The notes: generated by a model not told the origin, from the letters alone. 61,770 nt of DNA, filler included, from Bipalium vagum (GCA_037834085.1; 3 parts of 3 records of this genome joined end to end with filler, not necessarily neighbours in it), one strand, 5' to 3'; counted from the whole stretch's first letter, positions 13,970-28,501 are shown. Numbers and translations: made by a program.

Positions 13970-14989
13970 ATGCAACTTTTTATAAGCATTGACAGAAATT
14001 AAAAAAATTCAAAAATAAACACCGTCAAATTCTAAAAAAGTTTTTTAATAATTGATAAAAATAATGATCCAGAATTAATTTCGATCGGGGAACACTAACC
14101 TCCATGATGAGGCTCGATCAGGACAACAATTGGAGTTAGATGATGACCTTTTGACGGTGACTGTTGAACAAAATTTAGTTACAACCGTTGAAAAAATAGC
14201 TAAGGGATTTAATTCAACTACAACCACTATTCAGTGGCACCTAAAAAGAATTAACAAGGTTTCCAGACTTAGACAAAGGGTGTGTAAGTGTAAGTCTTCT
14301 TTTTCGGCTAAAGTTAGGACCGTTTTTGAATCTGATTATTATCGGGGACGAAAAGTGGATATTTTAAATCAATGTTAAAAGGCAAAGACAATGGCTCAGT
14401 CCCGAGGAAACTGGAATAGCAAAACCAAAATCAGGTCTTCATCCAAGAAAAGTTTTATTAAGTGTTTAGTGGGATATGGATGGAATAATTAACTACGAAT
14501 TAATAACTTCCAGCAAATCATTAATATAGAAGTCTATTGTAACCAGCTTGATAGTTTTAATCAGGATCTTGCTTTAAAACGGCCCGCTTAGGTTAACAGA
14601 ACAAGGATTCTCTTTCCTCAAGATAACACCAGCCCGCATGTTGAAAAAGCTACGTTAGAGAAACTCAGAAACCTTGCAAAAGGGAATAATGAGTCATCCA
14701 CCGCATTCACCTGACATTGCCTTATTGAACTACCACCTATTCTAGAGTCTACAAAACTATTTGGATGAATTAAAGATGAATACTATGGATGATGTAAAAA
14801 CGGTGCTGAACGAGTACTTTGAGTCCAAATTTAAGGATTTAAGGGGTATTGAAAATTAACCAGAAAGATGGAAACACCTTGTACAGAACGAAAGAACATA
14901 TTTTATTTAATAAATTTGATCAAAAAATCTTCTTTTTTGTAGTTTAAAAATATTTTAAAAAATCTCATTACTTATGGGATGACCTAATA
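13970..14989 (+). mobile_element. Decayed near-full-length mariner (DD34D)
   Basis: GDEKWI, LHPRKVLLSV*WD, QDNTSPHV, HPPHSPDIALLNYHLF, ERWKHLVQNERTYFI*; 3' TIR CATTACTTATGGGATGACCTAATA at 14966-14989. Confidence 0.9.
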
Positions 14990-15819
14990 ATAATATTGGG
15001 ATACATACCTGATAAAATAATAATATAGAGAAAAAAATGAGAGATAATAAAGACATTTTAAGACAATAATGAATTTATAATTAGAAAAGTTAATAAATAG
15101 TAATTAATAATAAATAATAAATAAAATTATTTGAAATTCGACTATTTTATTTTCGCATTTTTATTGATATTTTTACATTTTTTCTAATTTAATTTTCTTT
15201 TAAAATGTGTAATAAATATTATTGTGATTTTTAGGAAATTATATTTTAAGACCTAATAACAGAAAGTGCAAAAGTATGTAAAAACACAAATTCGTATAAA
15301 TAATTATTTTAAAATTTACATCAAATAAAAAAGTTAAATTTTTTTAAAAAATATTCCGAATATGATAAAATTTATTCACTTTAATTTTAGGAATAAAATT
15401 ACAGAGATAATAATAATAAATGATAATCTTTTATGTATATCATTTCCTTCATTCTCATCTATTGAAATTGAAAAGCTTTAGAAGAATTATTTCTTCAAAA
15501 CTAATATCGTTTTCAATATGATAAATTTGTGGTCTCTAATAATTTGAGTAATCAAAATTATATTTGTTCCATCACAATATTTTTCATGGGAATTCTAGTA
15601 ATTGAACATTATTCATCTTTACTAAATGTGACTTAGATTTTTTAGGTTTTCAATGTTTTCGTTTTTCAATATCATTTAAAGGAAAAAATAAATCAACTAG
15701 ATTTTCATTTTGCATTTTTTAAAAAGAAAATCTGAATTTTTTTGTCAAGATTTATTTTATTTTTTAGAAAATATTTGGGGTTTTACTTATATTTTTTCAA
15801 TGTGTATTACTAATAGATA

Positions 15820-16140
15820 AATTAACCAGCTTTGAGGACGGTGAGATTTTGATATATGATGGTAATAAGATATTAAATTAAGGATTATGTCCCGACGTGA
15901 GTACCATAACTTATATTTTTAAATTAATATTTTACTTACTTTACTTACTCGGTTTAGAGATAAAGTTAGAATTAATGAACTATTGAAAGAAATAGCCGTC
16001 TCAAAGAGTAGAGATTGGTGATATAACGAGACGGCTATTTCCAAAACGCCGATTAGAATAAAAGAGAAATTTTTTTATTATTTGAGAGAATTATTTGCAA
16101 GGACAATTCATCAAAGGCGAAGATTATTTGTTCCAAAATT
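15820..16140 (+). pseudogene. Decayed coding remnant of an unidentified repeat family, copy B
   Basis: EDGEILIY, INELLKEIAVSKSRDW, ITRRLFPK; 15837-15857 matches the reverse complement of 11528-11548 at 20/21 nt. Confidence 0.5.
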
Positions 16141-17440
16141 TCATTTTTTTTCCAGTTATAATGACGATGCAAACGGATTTAACAAGAGGACCCAGTGAGT
16201 TTGGGAATCCCTAGGTAACCTGAAAAGGACCTAGAGGACGACTCTTGTAACTCTTGGTGAGGTTATTATAATTTTCTGTTTATTTTATTTGTGATTCTAA
16301 ATTATTTTTTTACATTCTTGTGAAATTCATAATATTCCTAATCATAAATTGTTTTAGCGTCAATATTATATTTTGTTCTTATTCATTCAATATTGATAAT
16401 TTACGATTAAGGAGGGCTGATTTTTGTGGACATTGGAACGGTTTGACTTCGTAATTTTTAGACATTTGACTAACATTGATTTTTTGATTGATTGAGATTT
16501 TTGTGTCACGTGTTACTGTACAATTTTGCGTTTAAATATAGTTTTACTGTAACTGTTTTGATTCAATTTGTGTGGGAGTTCTGATTCAAATTGTGTTTAA
16601 ATTTGTGTACCTATAATAGTAAACGAACACAACATTTGATAGTGATGTTATTGATTTCGAGGGAAAGTAACATAATTCAAGTTTAATAAAAATAATAACA
16701 ATTTTATTGTGAAAATATTATTATTCATCATCGAATTCAACTATAATATCTTGAATTCAGATTGTACAGATTTATTTATTATAAAATATTAACAACATTC
16801 CCCACACATTTTCAAAATAGAAACATTTTTTCTTGAAAATTTCAATAATGAATTTTTTGAAAAATAGATATATTATTATCCCCATTCAATTTTTTTCTAT
16901 TCATTGATATTATTTTTATTTAAAATAGTTTTGCATTTGTACAAAAAGTGGAATTAATTATAGATTAATTAAATATTTTCTTTTCTTTAAATTTACCAAA
17001 GTTTTCTTTTCCAATTATTTTTTATTTCCAATATCAATAGAAGAAAAGACTTAATTCCCACATTTTTAAAGTTTTAATCAATAAATATTTTCAATTTTAT
17101 TAATAAAAATAATCCATTTCCAATAAAAGTGCCTTTTCCGTAAAATTAAGTTAATTTTTCGTCGAATAAGCATCCAATAGATCAAAAGCATTTCCTGCCT
17201 AAAAAATAGTTGTTTTAATTAATAGTTTCATATGATTAATTAAAAGTTTGATTATATCAGGGTATATAAAAAATAAATTTCTGATTCAGGATATAAACTT
17301 CGAATAAAAATAAATAAGTCATATAATAAAATTTATTCATTGAATTAGTCTGTATGTTTCTATAATATAGTCCTTTTCAAATTTATTGAACAGTTTACAT
17401 TTTTGTTTTTTATTTGTAGAACTACCCAAATAAGGATAAA

Positions 17441-17540
17441 NNNNNNNNNNNNNNNNNNNNNNNNNNNNNNNNNNNNNNNNNNNNTTAATTAATTAANNNN
17501 NNNNNNNNNNNNNNNNNNNNNNNNNNNNNNNNNNNNNNNN
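17441..17540. other. Artificial assembly spacer N44-TTAATTAATTAA-N44
   Basis: Exactly 100 nt; the 12-mer places stops in all six frames; identical spacer at 39361-39460. Confidence 0.9.
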
Positions 17541-19549
17541 TAATATTAATTAATATATATTATGTTCTNNNNNNNNNNNNNNNNNNNNNNNNNNNNNNNN
17601 NNNNNNNNNNNNNNNNNNNNNNNNNNNNNNNNNNNNNNNNNNNNNNNNNNNNNNNNNNNNNNNNNNNNNNNNNNNNNNNNNNNNNNNNNNNNNNNNNNNN
17701 NNNNNNNNNNNNNGGGTATTCTTAATTTCTCAAAAATAAGAATCTTTATCATAATCATAATCATAAATAAATAATGATTAAGATAATGAAAAATAATGTT
17801 AAAATCGCTATTTAAATATATTTACAATTTTCACTTTTCAAAAATAATGTTTGATCTTTTTTCATTTGATTTCTGTTGGTTTTTAATTTACTTTTCCAAT
17901 TCTTTTGATGTTTCTTTTTTTAATATTTGGTTTGGATTTTTTAATTTTAATTTTTATCATTTATAATGTGTAGTTTATCAGATATAATAAAATATTTAAT
18001 CAAACGTTTAACAGGTTAATTGTTTTACTTTTATCAGCACCATTCCAAACAATTCTCTTTCAAGATCATTCATCAAAGGAGAACTGAATCTGTGTGGAAC
18101 AGATTTGAAAGAAAAAAAATGGTAATTTACATAGTATAAAAAATAACTGTTAAAAATTAATTTAATTAAATTCCACTAAATAAATAATAAATAAACATTA
18201 TACAAGTTTAGGAAATTAATCAATCAATAGTTTTTATAATTAATAATAACCAATGAAAATTATTTGTCATAAAAATTAATACCTAATGAAAATTAAGCTT
18301 TTGAATGGTACCAAAATATTAGTTTTATTTACTTAAAAATCTTTTAAATTAAATAAATTAAAAATGAAGTTACTTTGGCCCCAGGCTAATAATAAACATA
18401 AATGTTTTTATTACCAGTGTAAAGAAAACTTAATATATTTATTATTATATTTATTATTACCATCATTAATCCACAGACCATTTTTTCACCTTTATTTTGA
18501 TAATTGTTATTCTGGATATGACTTCCTATTAATCTTTTATTCTTGTTCCTGTTATTATGATTATTAATTATCTTTTAATTATTAATTAGTTAAAAATATT
18601 TTATTTCTCACAAAAAAAGAATGAATCATTGAATAGTAGCACCCATAATATTTAGTGAATATTGCTTTATAGCTTACCTAAACTCAGAAAATGTTTTGTC
18701 TTTTAACATTTTTCATATTCTCAAATATTTAAAATGACCCTTTACAAAGACCAAATAAAAATCTTAATAAGCTCTGTGCACTTTTTCAGTAAAACCACTT
18801 ATTACTCAAAATGAAACTCTTAGTATTTGTTATATTATCAAATAGATAGAAAATGAAAGGAGAAAATTAGATAATTTTTCCAACTCTATTAAATCAAGCT
18901 TATCAGTGTTATCTTTTTTCTACTATGTGTTGAACATCAGTAGCATTATAACTTTGGTTCATTATTCTCTTTAGGTTAAGCTGTAACAATAACTCTTCTC
19001 CATCAACTGCCATATATTTTCATTAGATATCAGTGGAAGTCTGGGTTTTCACTCGTTCCTCGAATCATTTCTCCTAACTAACCTCACTATCAATAACAGT
19101 TATTACTACTGCTGCTTGGAATAAATATCCGCAGTTTTATTTTAAATTTGATATTTAATTAAAATTTATTTATATTATAAATTAATATATCTATCACATT
19201 CATTAACATTTTCTTGAAGTTTGGACACTCTTTAAGATGGAAATAAAATAGTTATAAAGTCTAATAAAATGGTTAAAATATAATATATGTATTATTTAAC
19301 TTAGATAATAACATAATTGATAACCAAGGTTAAATGAGAAGGTTGGACATTGAAGAACTGTAGGTGTCTGAATCCAAAAATTCGGAGTATTAAAACAAAG
19401 TTTCAAATAAATAAGAAACGAAGAGCTTGGGGTCTTTAGAAGCTGCAGTTTTAAAACTTTAATCTACTTCCGGTATGTTCTTGAGGAACTTTTAAATTTG
19501 TTATAAAAAATCATAAGGACAGACCGACCATGCATCTATATCGATACAC

Positions 19550-19770
19550 AAAACAAAAATTCATGATCCAAAGCTCATGCTGTATATGTAACCAAACGAA
19601 AATATAAAGGGGGGTCACTATCAACTTTAATTAATGCGTTTAAGCGGAGAACTAAAGGATGAAACGGTCTTATTTTGCCAATAGGCATGATAGTCATTTT
19701 GATGCATGACAATGCCCGATTGCATGTTTCGTAACCGGTAACAAAATACTTAGAGACCTTTAAATAAGCC
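19550..19770 (+). mobile_element. Mariner transposase fragment
   Basis: KIHDPKLMLY, LMRLSGELK, VILMHDNARLHVS*PVTKYLETFK. Confidence 0.75.
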
Positions 19771-20004
19771 TATGATTATTATGAAACACTTGTCATGAGC
19801 TAAACAATATAAAAATTATATTTCGAAAGACTGGGGTATTGTTAGCTAATTTATTAACTACGTATATAACTTAAATATTTATGTCTTAGGTCTGGTTTAG
19901 TGATGAGCTCTTATTTAAGGTGTGGTATAACACTGCAAAGTTCGCCTGATGCATGTATGATGAAAATATGATCAGACTGCTTGCTAATCAAAGTGAAACA
20001 CCCA

Positions 20005-20260
20005 TAATCCGTTCTGGTATGGTCAGTGATAAGTAGCAAGAGAATTCATGTAACAGATGGAACTCATTGCCACGATTAATAAATTCAGATATTACAAGGT
20101 AAATTACTTCAGTGTCGAATATGATTTACAAATGGAAAGAATTATACATTTATCCGTGACAGAGCTTATAAAGTGAAGTTCGTAACAAAATTTCTTACAA
20201 ATGAGAAGATTGATGTACTCTCTCGGCCTAGCCATTCACCGGATCACATAAAGCTATAAG
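20005..20260 (+). mobile_element. Tc1-like transposase fragment
   Basis: VLVWSVISS and DVLSRPSHSPDHIKL, a degenerate WPxxSPDLNPI. Confidence 0.6.
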
Positions 20261-21299
20261 TTAGTGGCACAATTCATACAACAAAAAACATATATGTAGG
20301 TTGTTGGAATTTTTGAATCATGATCGGGAAATATATGGTTTTGGTCAATAAATGTCTTGAAAGTATGTCTGGTCACATAAATTGCTTGATTAAAGTCAAA
20401 GGAGGGCCAGCACCAAATATTGAGATCTGCTAAAAATATTCTCAAGTTCATTTTGTAACGACAAAAGAAATACATCAAGTTTGGGATATAAATTTGTTAT
20501 CAAATAAAGGTTTTATAATCTTTTCCATCATAAGGTTCAATTAATAGGGTCACGCACAGTAATATTACATTATCTCCAATATAAAAATTAAGAGGTTTAC
20601 ACCAATTATTTAGATGCTATTTTATTAATTTGACCAAAAAAACATTGACAAAAATATTAGGTAATTGTAATGTTTCCTTTAATTAAAAAAATGAGAAATG
20701 GTTACAAATATTATTACTTTCGAATTTGACTTAAAAGTAAAAAAAACATGCCTGGTAAATTGTATCTCAAAAAGAGCGGATTAATTTCTTTAGGAAACTC
20801 AATGTTAAAATGAAGTAAAACATTTTTTTATTTTGTTCCCGAATTTAAATAATAATAATAATAATTATTATTATTATCAAAAACAAGGTTGTCTAATTTT
20901 TTAGTTTACCTTTTTTCTGTTAATCTGAACATCATGTGTATAATTTTTACCATTTTATTTATTTATATATTTTTATTTCTATCTGGAATGAATTCCTCTC
21001 AGTTATAATACTTATCCACAACATTCTCAAACGAGATTTCAGCCAAAAAATTTTATTAGTCATCTTATAAACAACACTTATTATTTGATAATTAATAACT
21101 GGTATGGTCTCATCTTTTTTCAATACATTCCTGTGGTCTTCACACCATGCTTAAAATATTTTTTTGAAAATTCTCTTGTTGCACTAGTTCCCATTGTCCT
21201 ATTAATCTTTTTTGACATTTTTTTAGTTTCCATTTGATTATAATTTGTCTGACACGTCAACTAAGACAAACCCTAGCACATATCAGGCGATCATGCTGG

Positions 21300-21540
21300 C
21301 CATAGACGAACTGCTACATTTCAAGCACACCAAACATCAGTCACTATTTTTGCAGTATGCGGCCTTGTATTATTCTGCTGCAGCACAAAATTGTTTTACA
21401 GTACTTGGAATGATGTGGTGCTTGATAATTTCATTAATATATCTTAAATCAGCTAATGAACCATAAATAATAACTGAAGCTGTTCGGCTTTCCCACCATG
21501 TGCCTCACCAAATCATGACAGTTCCACAAATATACTGGCC
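21300..21540 (-). mobile_element. Tc1-like transposase fragment
   Basis: CGTVMIW*GTWWESRT and VLQQNNTRPHTAKIVTD. Confidence 0.6.
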
Positions 21541-23645
21541 ATGGTTTCAATACAACAATCTCAATTGTCAGGTGCCTTACTCGGATTCAACCATCGTTGA
21601 AATTAATTGTGAAGCGTGATCTGTCCATAAAACATATCTCTATTATTTAGAATTTCATTCTAAGTGTTCCATTGCCAAAGTAAATGATTTCTCATAAGTG
21701 GAATCCTCACAGCTGCATGATATGAATCAAATCCCGCGCTTAGAATTGTAAGTCTATCTGTTTCCGTTGAGCAATTTAACTCATGTACTTTAATCCATTC
21801 TCTCGACAAGTTCCATCAATTTGAATGTGTTTCTTTTCACCTTCTGTATCAAACGGGAGTCTTGCTTACACATAATTTTCTCGGTTAATTTTCACATTAT
21901 CTATCAGAGTTTCCTTCATTTCTGAACCGTGTCCACCATTTTTGTACAGTTCTGGTTCATAAAATACAACATCATGAAAGGTTAGCCCGGCTTCAAGTGT
22001 TCCACATAATCTTCCTTTTTCAAATTACATTAATTGAACCACTGAAAAATATTATTAAAGGTAAGGATAGAAAATATGTATAATATAATTGTGTTGTGTC
22101 TTTACAATAACTGCATTCTGTTTATTTAAAAAATTCCGCAGAATTAAAGGCTCCACCTAGTACAAATAAATGGCGGATTTCCTTATTCTTGCTTATAATA
22201 ATGATATTTTAAAAAGAATTTGTTTCATTATTCTAAATTACATTAATTTTGAAGTTTTCCCAATTAACATTAAAAAATGTTTATTATTCGCGTATTTCTC
22301 GAAGAAATGGCCAGTAAGGAACTAAGTGGAACCTATCACCGTGGTGGATGGAAAAGATATGAAAGTCAATTGAAATGAAAACCATATATTTAGGAAAGGG
22401 ATTAAGAGCGGAACTGCAAGGTTGTTGAAAAAGTCGTGAAAGACTTTCACAACGGGTGGCGATAGTTTGATAATATAAAAATGCTGGTTTAAGAAGCTTA
22501 AAAATAGATAAGAAGATCAAATAATTCTGTCATTGACATAAAATTTTAATGGTTCACTCTAAAAAAACATCGCTAATTTATTATGGTAATAGATAAACTT
22601 TTTAATACGATTTTAATTATTTTTTAATGATATAAACTGTCTGTTGACGACACTAATTAGCTCCTGACCAGATCTTACAAGGGGTCAATTTTCTGAAATT
22701 TTCTTTATCATTGGTCAAAAATATTTATTATTTATTTATTTATCTTTACAAGGCAACAAAGATAATTGCACAATGAGTTTATTACACAAGATCACCATGA
22801 TTTGTTTTTTTATCGGATAACATAAAATAAAACGAGTCGTTTTAGGGTATTAGCAAATAGGCCTTCACTATTTAAAATAGTATCAAATGGAACACTATTT
22901 GAAATAGTAAAACCGGCTTATTCAAAGAATATTAAATTAAAAACATAATTAAAAAAATATTTTTAATAATTTAATAACAATAATTTAATAGTAATTTCTA
23001 TAAATATAATTAATGATAAGGAAATTTCCAGCGGTATCTTCAAAAAAAATTAACTAATTGAAATAAAAATAATTATTAAAAAAAATTAAATAACATTATA
23101 TTTATAACATATTAAGAATTAAAAATTAATTCTTAATTTAACTAGAATTTTATGAAAAATAATCCATACGTTAATAAGAAATATTTTCATTTGTTAAAAA
23201 TAAATATATTTTTGTCAATAATATTTTTTCTTGCTTTTACTTTAAATATTAATCTACTACAAATATATAATGAACATTTTTATAATAAAATATCAAATGA
23301 AAAAAATATTATATTTCAGATAATATTTTTTATTACTTCTTTGCGATCGAGAAGAAATTAATTAAAACTCTGTTTACAAATCTCTCTTAGTTCTAAGATC
23401 TCAGGTCTAATTATTTTTTTTATTAATTTTTAAATAAGTTTGCAATTAATATTTATCAAAAAATATAAGAATTCTCACAAGAAAAATTAATAACAAGAAA
23501 TAATAATAAGAAAAATAATAATTTTTTATTTTTTACTTTTAGGTATTAAGTCAAAATTAACAAAGTATTAAATTTTTAAAATATTTATCTTAACTTAACA
23601 TGTTCGACGAAAATTTAGATTTCTTTTTACTTTAAATGACTATAA

Positions 23646-24172
23646 TATGAGGTTGGGGCATAAGTTCTGCAGAACTTACAAATTATTAGAATATTAGTAA
23701 TATTAAATCTAATCAATAATAATATTTGAGCACTGCTTGTTTAAATATTCTTAATTCATTAACGCAATTTTTAAAAATTCACAAGACATAAGTAAACCGT
23801 TTAATAAAAGAATATTAATAAATAAATAATTTTAGATGACTTTGAATAGAAATGATTTACGAATTTTTATTCGTGGACTTTCTACTAGGAAAGCTGGAAA
23901 GAAATTCGTGATGCTGAAAGTGAAGGGACAATCCACGATACAACTGTATCTCACTGGTACAAACTTTTGAAAACTGGTGACTTTGGTTTGGAAGAACAAC
24001 CTCGTCGTGGTCGACCATCGCGGTTGGATAATGAGGACTTGCTTAGCAATCTGGATTGTGAACCATCACATAGACTTTACTTTGAAAATTAGATTCATTA
24101 TGTTTTTTTGTTTAATAAATTTCTGTTATAAGTTTTTCTGTAAGTGCTGTAGAATCTATGCCAAACCTAATA
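23646..24172 (+). mobile_element. Non-autonomous (internally deleted) mariner with both TIRs
   Basis: Left TATGAGGTTGGGGCATAAGTTCTGCAGAACTTACA resembles the reverse complement of the right end, TATTAGGTTTGGCATAGATTCTACAGCACTTACA; internal TTVSHWYKLLKTGDFGLEEQPRRGRPSRLDNEDL. Confidence 0.85.
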
Positions 24173-25272
24173 AATAGTCTGAAAATTATTTAAAATTTAT
24201 TAAACCTCAGTAATTTTGGATTATATTCACATAATTAAATAAAATAAAACATCAAAATAATACCAATAAAAAGATAAAGTATATATTAAAAATATCTTTT
24301 CTTATATAAAACTTTTTTGAAAAAATGTTTTTAATTAAATAATAAGAAAATCGAAGCTTTTAAAATTAAAGTTTTTTCCAGTCAATTAATACTCATTAAA
24401 AATTAAGTGAGAAATATTATTTAGAAAATTTTTTCTATCCATACAAAAAATCATTAAATAAACAAAATTTAATCTTCACCAAGTTTGATAAATATATAAA
24501 ATATACACAGTAATGTATATGGATGATTGATTTGGTGTTTTTCATACCAAAGGATGGAAACACCAGTGTCACAAATGTACTACTTTAACATTGTAAATAT
24601 CATTCTTCTTCTATAATATAAAAATTTGAAATATTTTCTTGATATATGTATCAAAAAATTTAATATTAGTGCAAATATATATATTTTTTCAAAAAATATT
24701 AATATGAATCATTTCCGGAAATGATGGTGGGTGAGAATGAAATGCGAATAAACCAATATTTAATTTTACAAAATAATAACAAAAATTAAAATCAGTTAAA
24801 TAATAAACAAACATTTCATGATCAATATTAAAAATAAATCTAAATAAAAATGATAAATATTTCAAAATTTATTACAATCAAACAAGAGTCACAAATCTCG
24901 TAAAATAATATTTAGTTCATTTATTAATTTAGCCCTAATAAAAGGAAGAATTTGAATAAATTAGAAAAATTAAATATATTTCAATCTAAATATTTCTTAT
25001 ATATTTATAAACAATGGCGGAAAAGGAAATTTCAAATTTTAGTAGATAAAGTGCATTTAAAAATCTTTAAAAATATTGACAACTTCCATTTTATTAGTAG
25101 AATTAAAACATCACAATTTAGAGTTTTTTAGCAATATAATTCAATTACATTAGTAAAAAAAATTAATCACATTTAAACTTTATATATGCTTTAAAATTAA
25201 TTTCATTGGTAACTTTATACTCATTAAATTTTATTAAAATTGAATATTTCTAAAATTTTAATTAAATTATAT

Positions 25273-25534
25273 TATAGGCTGATGCAAAAGAAATATCGGT
25301 TTACGTATTGTTTAAATTTATCATTGAAATGTTAAATCTTAAATTCAATGATGTCAATATTTTTCGATTTAAAGCATAGAATCTGTTACATGAGTAAATA
25401 AACTTCCATATTGTTGGCAAAGTTGGATTTATTCTATTGATTGTGATTTTGATAAATAAAAATTATTATGAAAAAAGCTATGCTCACTCAAAGTTGATAT
25501 TAAAATCACGACTTTCTTTTGCGTCAACCTAATA
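25273..25534. mobile_element. Mariner-derived MITE, about 260 bp
   Basis: TAGGCTGATGCAAAAGAAA at the left end and TTTCTTTTGCGTCAACCTAATA at the right end form an inverted pair. Confidence 0.75.
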
Positions 25535-25540
25535 TTAAAA

Positions 25541-26000
25541 TTATGAGGTTGTTACATAATTTTTGGTGATTTTGTTATTTTGTTTTTGATTTACGGTATG
25601 CAATTTGTTTAATAACAAAAACATATATTTGTAAAACTTTTTCATGCTCTTAAAAGTACATTCAATTTTATGTCACACGTATAACTTTATTTTTAAATTT
25701 TTATATTTAAATTTGACAGATTTGAAACCTATTTTGGTTAAAAATACCATTTCCGCAACATATTGCTATATTATTTTAATCAAAGTCAAAAAATTGCAGA
25801 AGCAGTCCAGTAAATTTTTACTGTGTACGGAAAACATATTTTGGCCTGGACTGCTGCAAACAATGGTATGATAAATTCGAAAATGGCACATTCAACCTTC
25901 AAGACACTTCATTATCGGTTTGTCATTCAATTTCGATAATAACCAATTAGCCGAACTAGTAAAAGAAGACGGCCACGAAATTTACACAGATTTGTCTCAA
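25541..26000 (+). mobile_element. Mariner 5' fragment
   Basis: TIR-like TATGAGGTTGTTACATAA; HFRNILLYYFNQSQKIAEAV. Confidence 0.65.
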
Positions 26001-27587
26001 AGGAGACTGGGAAGTGATCCAAAAAACCAAATGGCTGACATGCAGTTATAGGTGACTCAATTACGTCGATTAAAAGTCATTATGAAACTCAGGATAAATG
26101 AATCAAAGTAATTCATCGTTATAACTTAAAATCTTACAAGGAAAATATTATCAAAATCACAGTTACGAGTATCTTACTCTATTTTCTTGTACTCTATTCG
26201 ACTGTCGACCAGAATAATTTCCTAATTTCAGACCTAATAGACACATTTTCATATTTTAAACGATTTTCATGTATTGCATTGTGTGACATCATGATCTTTT
26301 ACGGGTATAACTTTCATATACGACGCAGTTTTTCAGCAGTAGAACCTATTGTTTCTTAAATTTTCATCAGTGATTCGCATATTGAAACACCTTTCAATAA
26401 ATTAGCTTGTTACTTATATAGTATACAAACATAAAAGCAAAACGGAAATCCAACTGTACTCAGATAGGTTTGGACAGATGTATAGGATATATCTAGTATT
26501 GATGTGGTACCATTAGGTTGTGAAACGGATTCCGCTTGTTGATGGCTTCTAGATCACTTCAATAAGTTTCTATTGATTAACTGAACCAGTGAATGTCATT
26601 TATTTCGAAACTTTCAAATTTGAATCGAGGAAATCATTTTCGTCATGTACGTTTTTATACTTTTATCTTTTCCAACATATATGATAATACTTAACTAAAA
26701 AAATAATAATTTAATAAAATTAAATAAGTGCACATTCTTTTCATTTCTATTAATAATTGAATTTTTGCATAAAACTACAATATTAATTAAACACAGCACA
26801 CTTGCACAAATATGTTGTGAAAAAGTTGTGTGGAGGCTTCACTACTGAAAAGCATGAGGCGTATAATGAAAACCAAATAATAAATACATTTTTAACTTTG
26901 AAATTTTTGTTAGAATTCCTAAGAAACAAATTGTAAAATTTTATAATAATTTATTAATTAATCAAAACTGTGTCTGAATAAAAATACATAAGTGAAATTT
27001 TAGTGAAAAGCGAATAAATCATTAAAAATATTAAAAAAAAATAATAGTCAGCCTCATAAAGCCGAGTAATAGTAATTATAGAGGAATATTGTTACATAAA
27101 ACTCAAACAAATGTTAATTACTGTTCCTAGGAAAGCCTGACAGTTATTATTCAAATAAAGACTGATAAACTTCAGCAAATTTAAATGAATTTATATATAA
27201 AATTTCCTGCTGAATAATTTTTTGTTAAGATTTTATTTATATTTCTGTTCAATACTCACGAAGACCTGATAATAAAGACTTCTGGTTATTCTGGTAAATG
27301 TAAAATTTTACATTTTATTTTTTGCTGGTGAAGTGTTATATTTCCTATATCATATTTTTAGGATTTATAGAGAATTTTGAAGATTCTTCTCTTTCAAAAA
27401 TAAAGGTGAGACACAATTTTTAATGATTTAAGTAAAAATTCTATCATAATTTTACATATAAAGTTTACAGTCTTATTATCGAAATTGATTTTAAATGGTA
27501 ACTTTCAGGTTTGATAATACTCTTTACCTTTATGACTTAATTTATTAGAATTATTCTCAGGAACCTCTTCAAAATAGTTGATATAAT

Positions 27588-28501
27588 CACAGTGTCGTTG
27601 AGATAAATGCAGAACATTGTAAAAGTTATATTAAAAGGAGATTATTTGAGTAATCACTATAATTATTTTTGTTTAAGTATGCTAATTTAATCTATCAATA
27701 AAATAGATTACTGAAATTTGAATTATTTAATATTAGTAATGAGTTTAGAATATGATCGAAAAACAGCAGTATCGGAATCACTTATCGCCAAAAGAAAGCC
27801 AAACGAAATAATCAAATGATTTGGTTACAACAAGACCAAAGTTTATGAGTTGGCAAAAATGTATACCGAAACAAAGGACACATATATACATGTATTCAAT
27901 GCCAAAGGAAGATGTCACAGTAAACGATCAGACTGAAAACTAAACGTAGAATTCATGTCCAATTCTTGATAAAGCCACATCACATTTTCCAACATGGTCT
28001 CAAAGTGAATACTGATACTTATATTGGTGGGTTAGACGTATTGAAAACCATGGGTGGAGGAAATAGCCGATGGGAAAGTTATCTTTCAATGATACTTTGA
28101 TCTTTTTCATAAAGCTAGAAAAACACAAGTTTGGGTTTACGGAAATCAAACCGATCATTGGTTATTTGATCTATGGACACCCTTAAGCTCTGACTGCAAT
28201 CTTCTCGATTATTACCTATGGGGCGCAGTTGAGTTACAAGTTAACGCAAAATGTCTTTAAACAATATTTTTATAGGATTCCATCATGGAGATAATGAATA
28301 AATTGGACAGTGAGGAGTCAAGAGAATATACAGTGCATTCCGAGCTCAGCTCGAGAAGGTTGTGACAGTTAATGATGATCACATCGAATAATCCTAAAAA
28401 TTAAACTTTCATTCATTAATAATAATATGCTAGCCTAATAAAGTTATTATTTTTGTCTATTTATGTCTTCATCAAGATTATAAATTTTCGACGACCCTGT
28501 A
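27588..28501 (+). mobile_element. Decayed maT (DD37D-type) ITm transposon with both TIRs
   Basis: MSLEYDRKTAV, GLKVNTDTYI, KPWVEEIADGK, HKARKTQVW, WTPLSSDCNLLDYYLWGAVE (the WPPxSPDxNPLDY type); TIRs CACAGTGTCGTTGAGA and TTTTCGACGACCCTGTA. Confidence 0.75.

Noticed and set aside
16780-17420. Coding-like minus-strand fragments including RSLYPES (PolB motif A, or a third copy of the RRLFPES family)
   Set aside because: No Asp at motif A spacing and no other colinear matches
17485-17496. TTAATTAATTAA palindrome as a biological site
   Set aside because: Centred in a fixed 100-nt N block and repeated at 39405-39416; an assembly linker
21600-21700. YVLWTDHAS resembling gypsy RNase H
   Set aside because: Single weak motif among many stops
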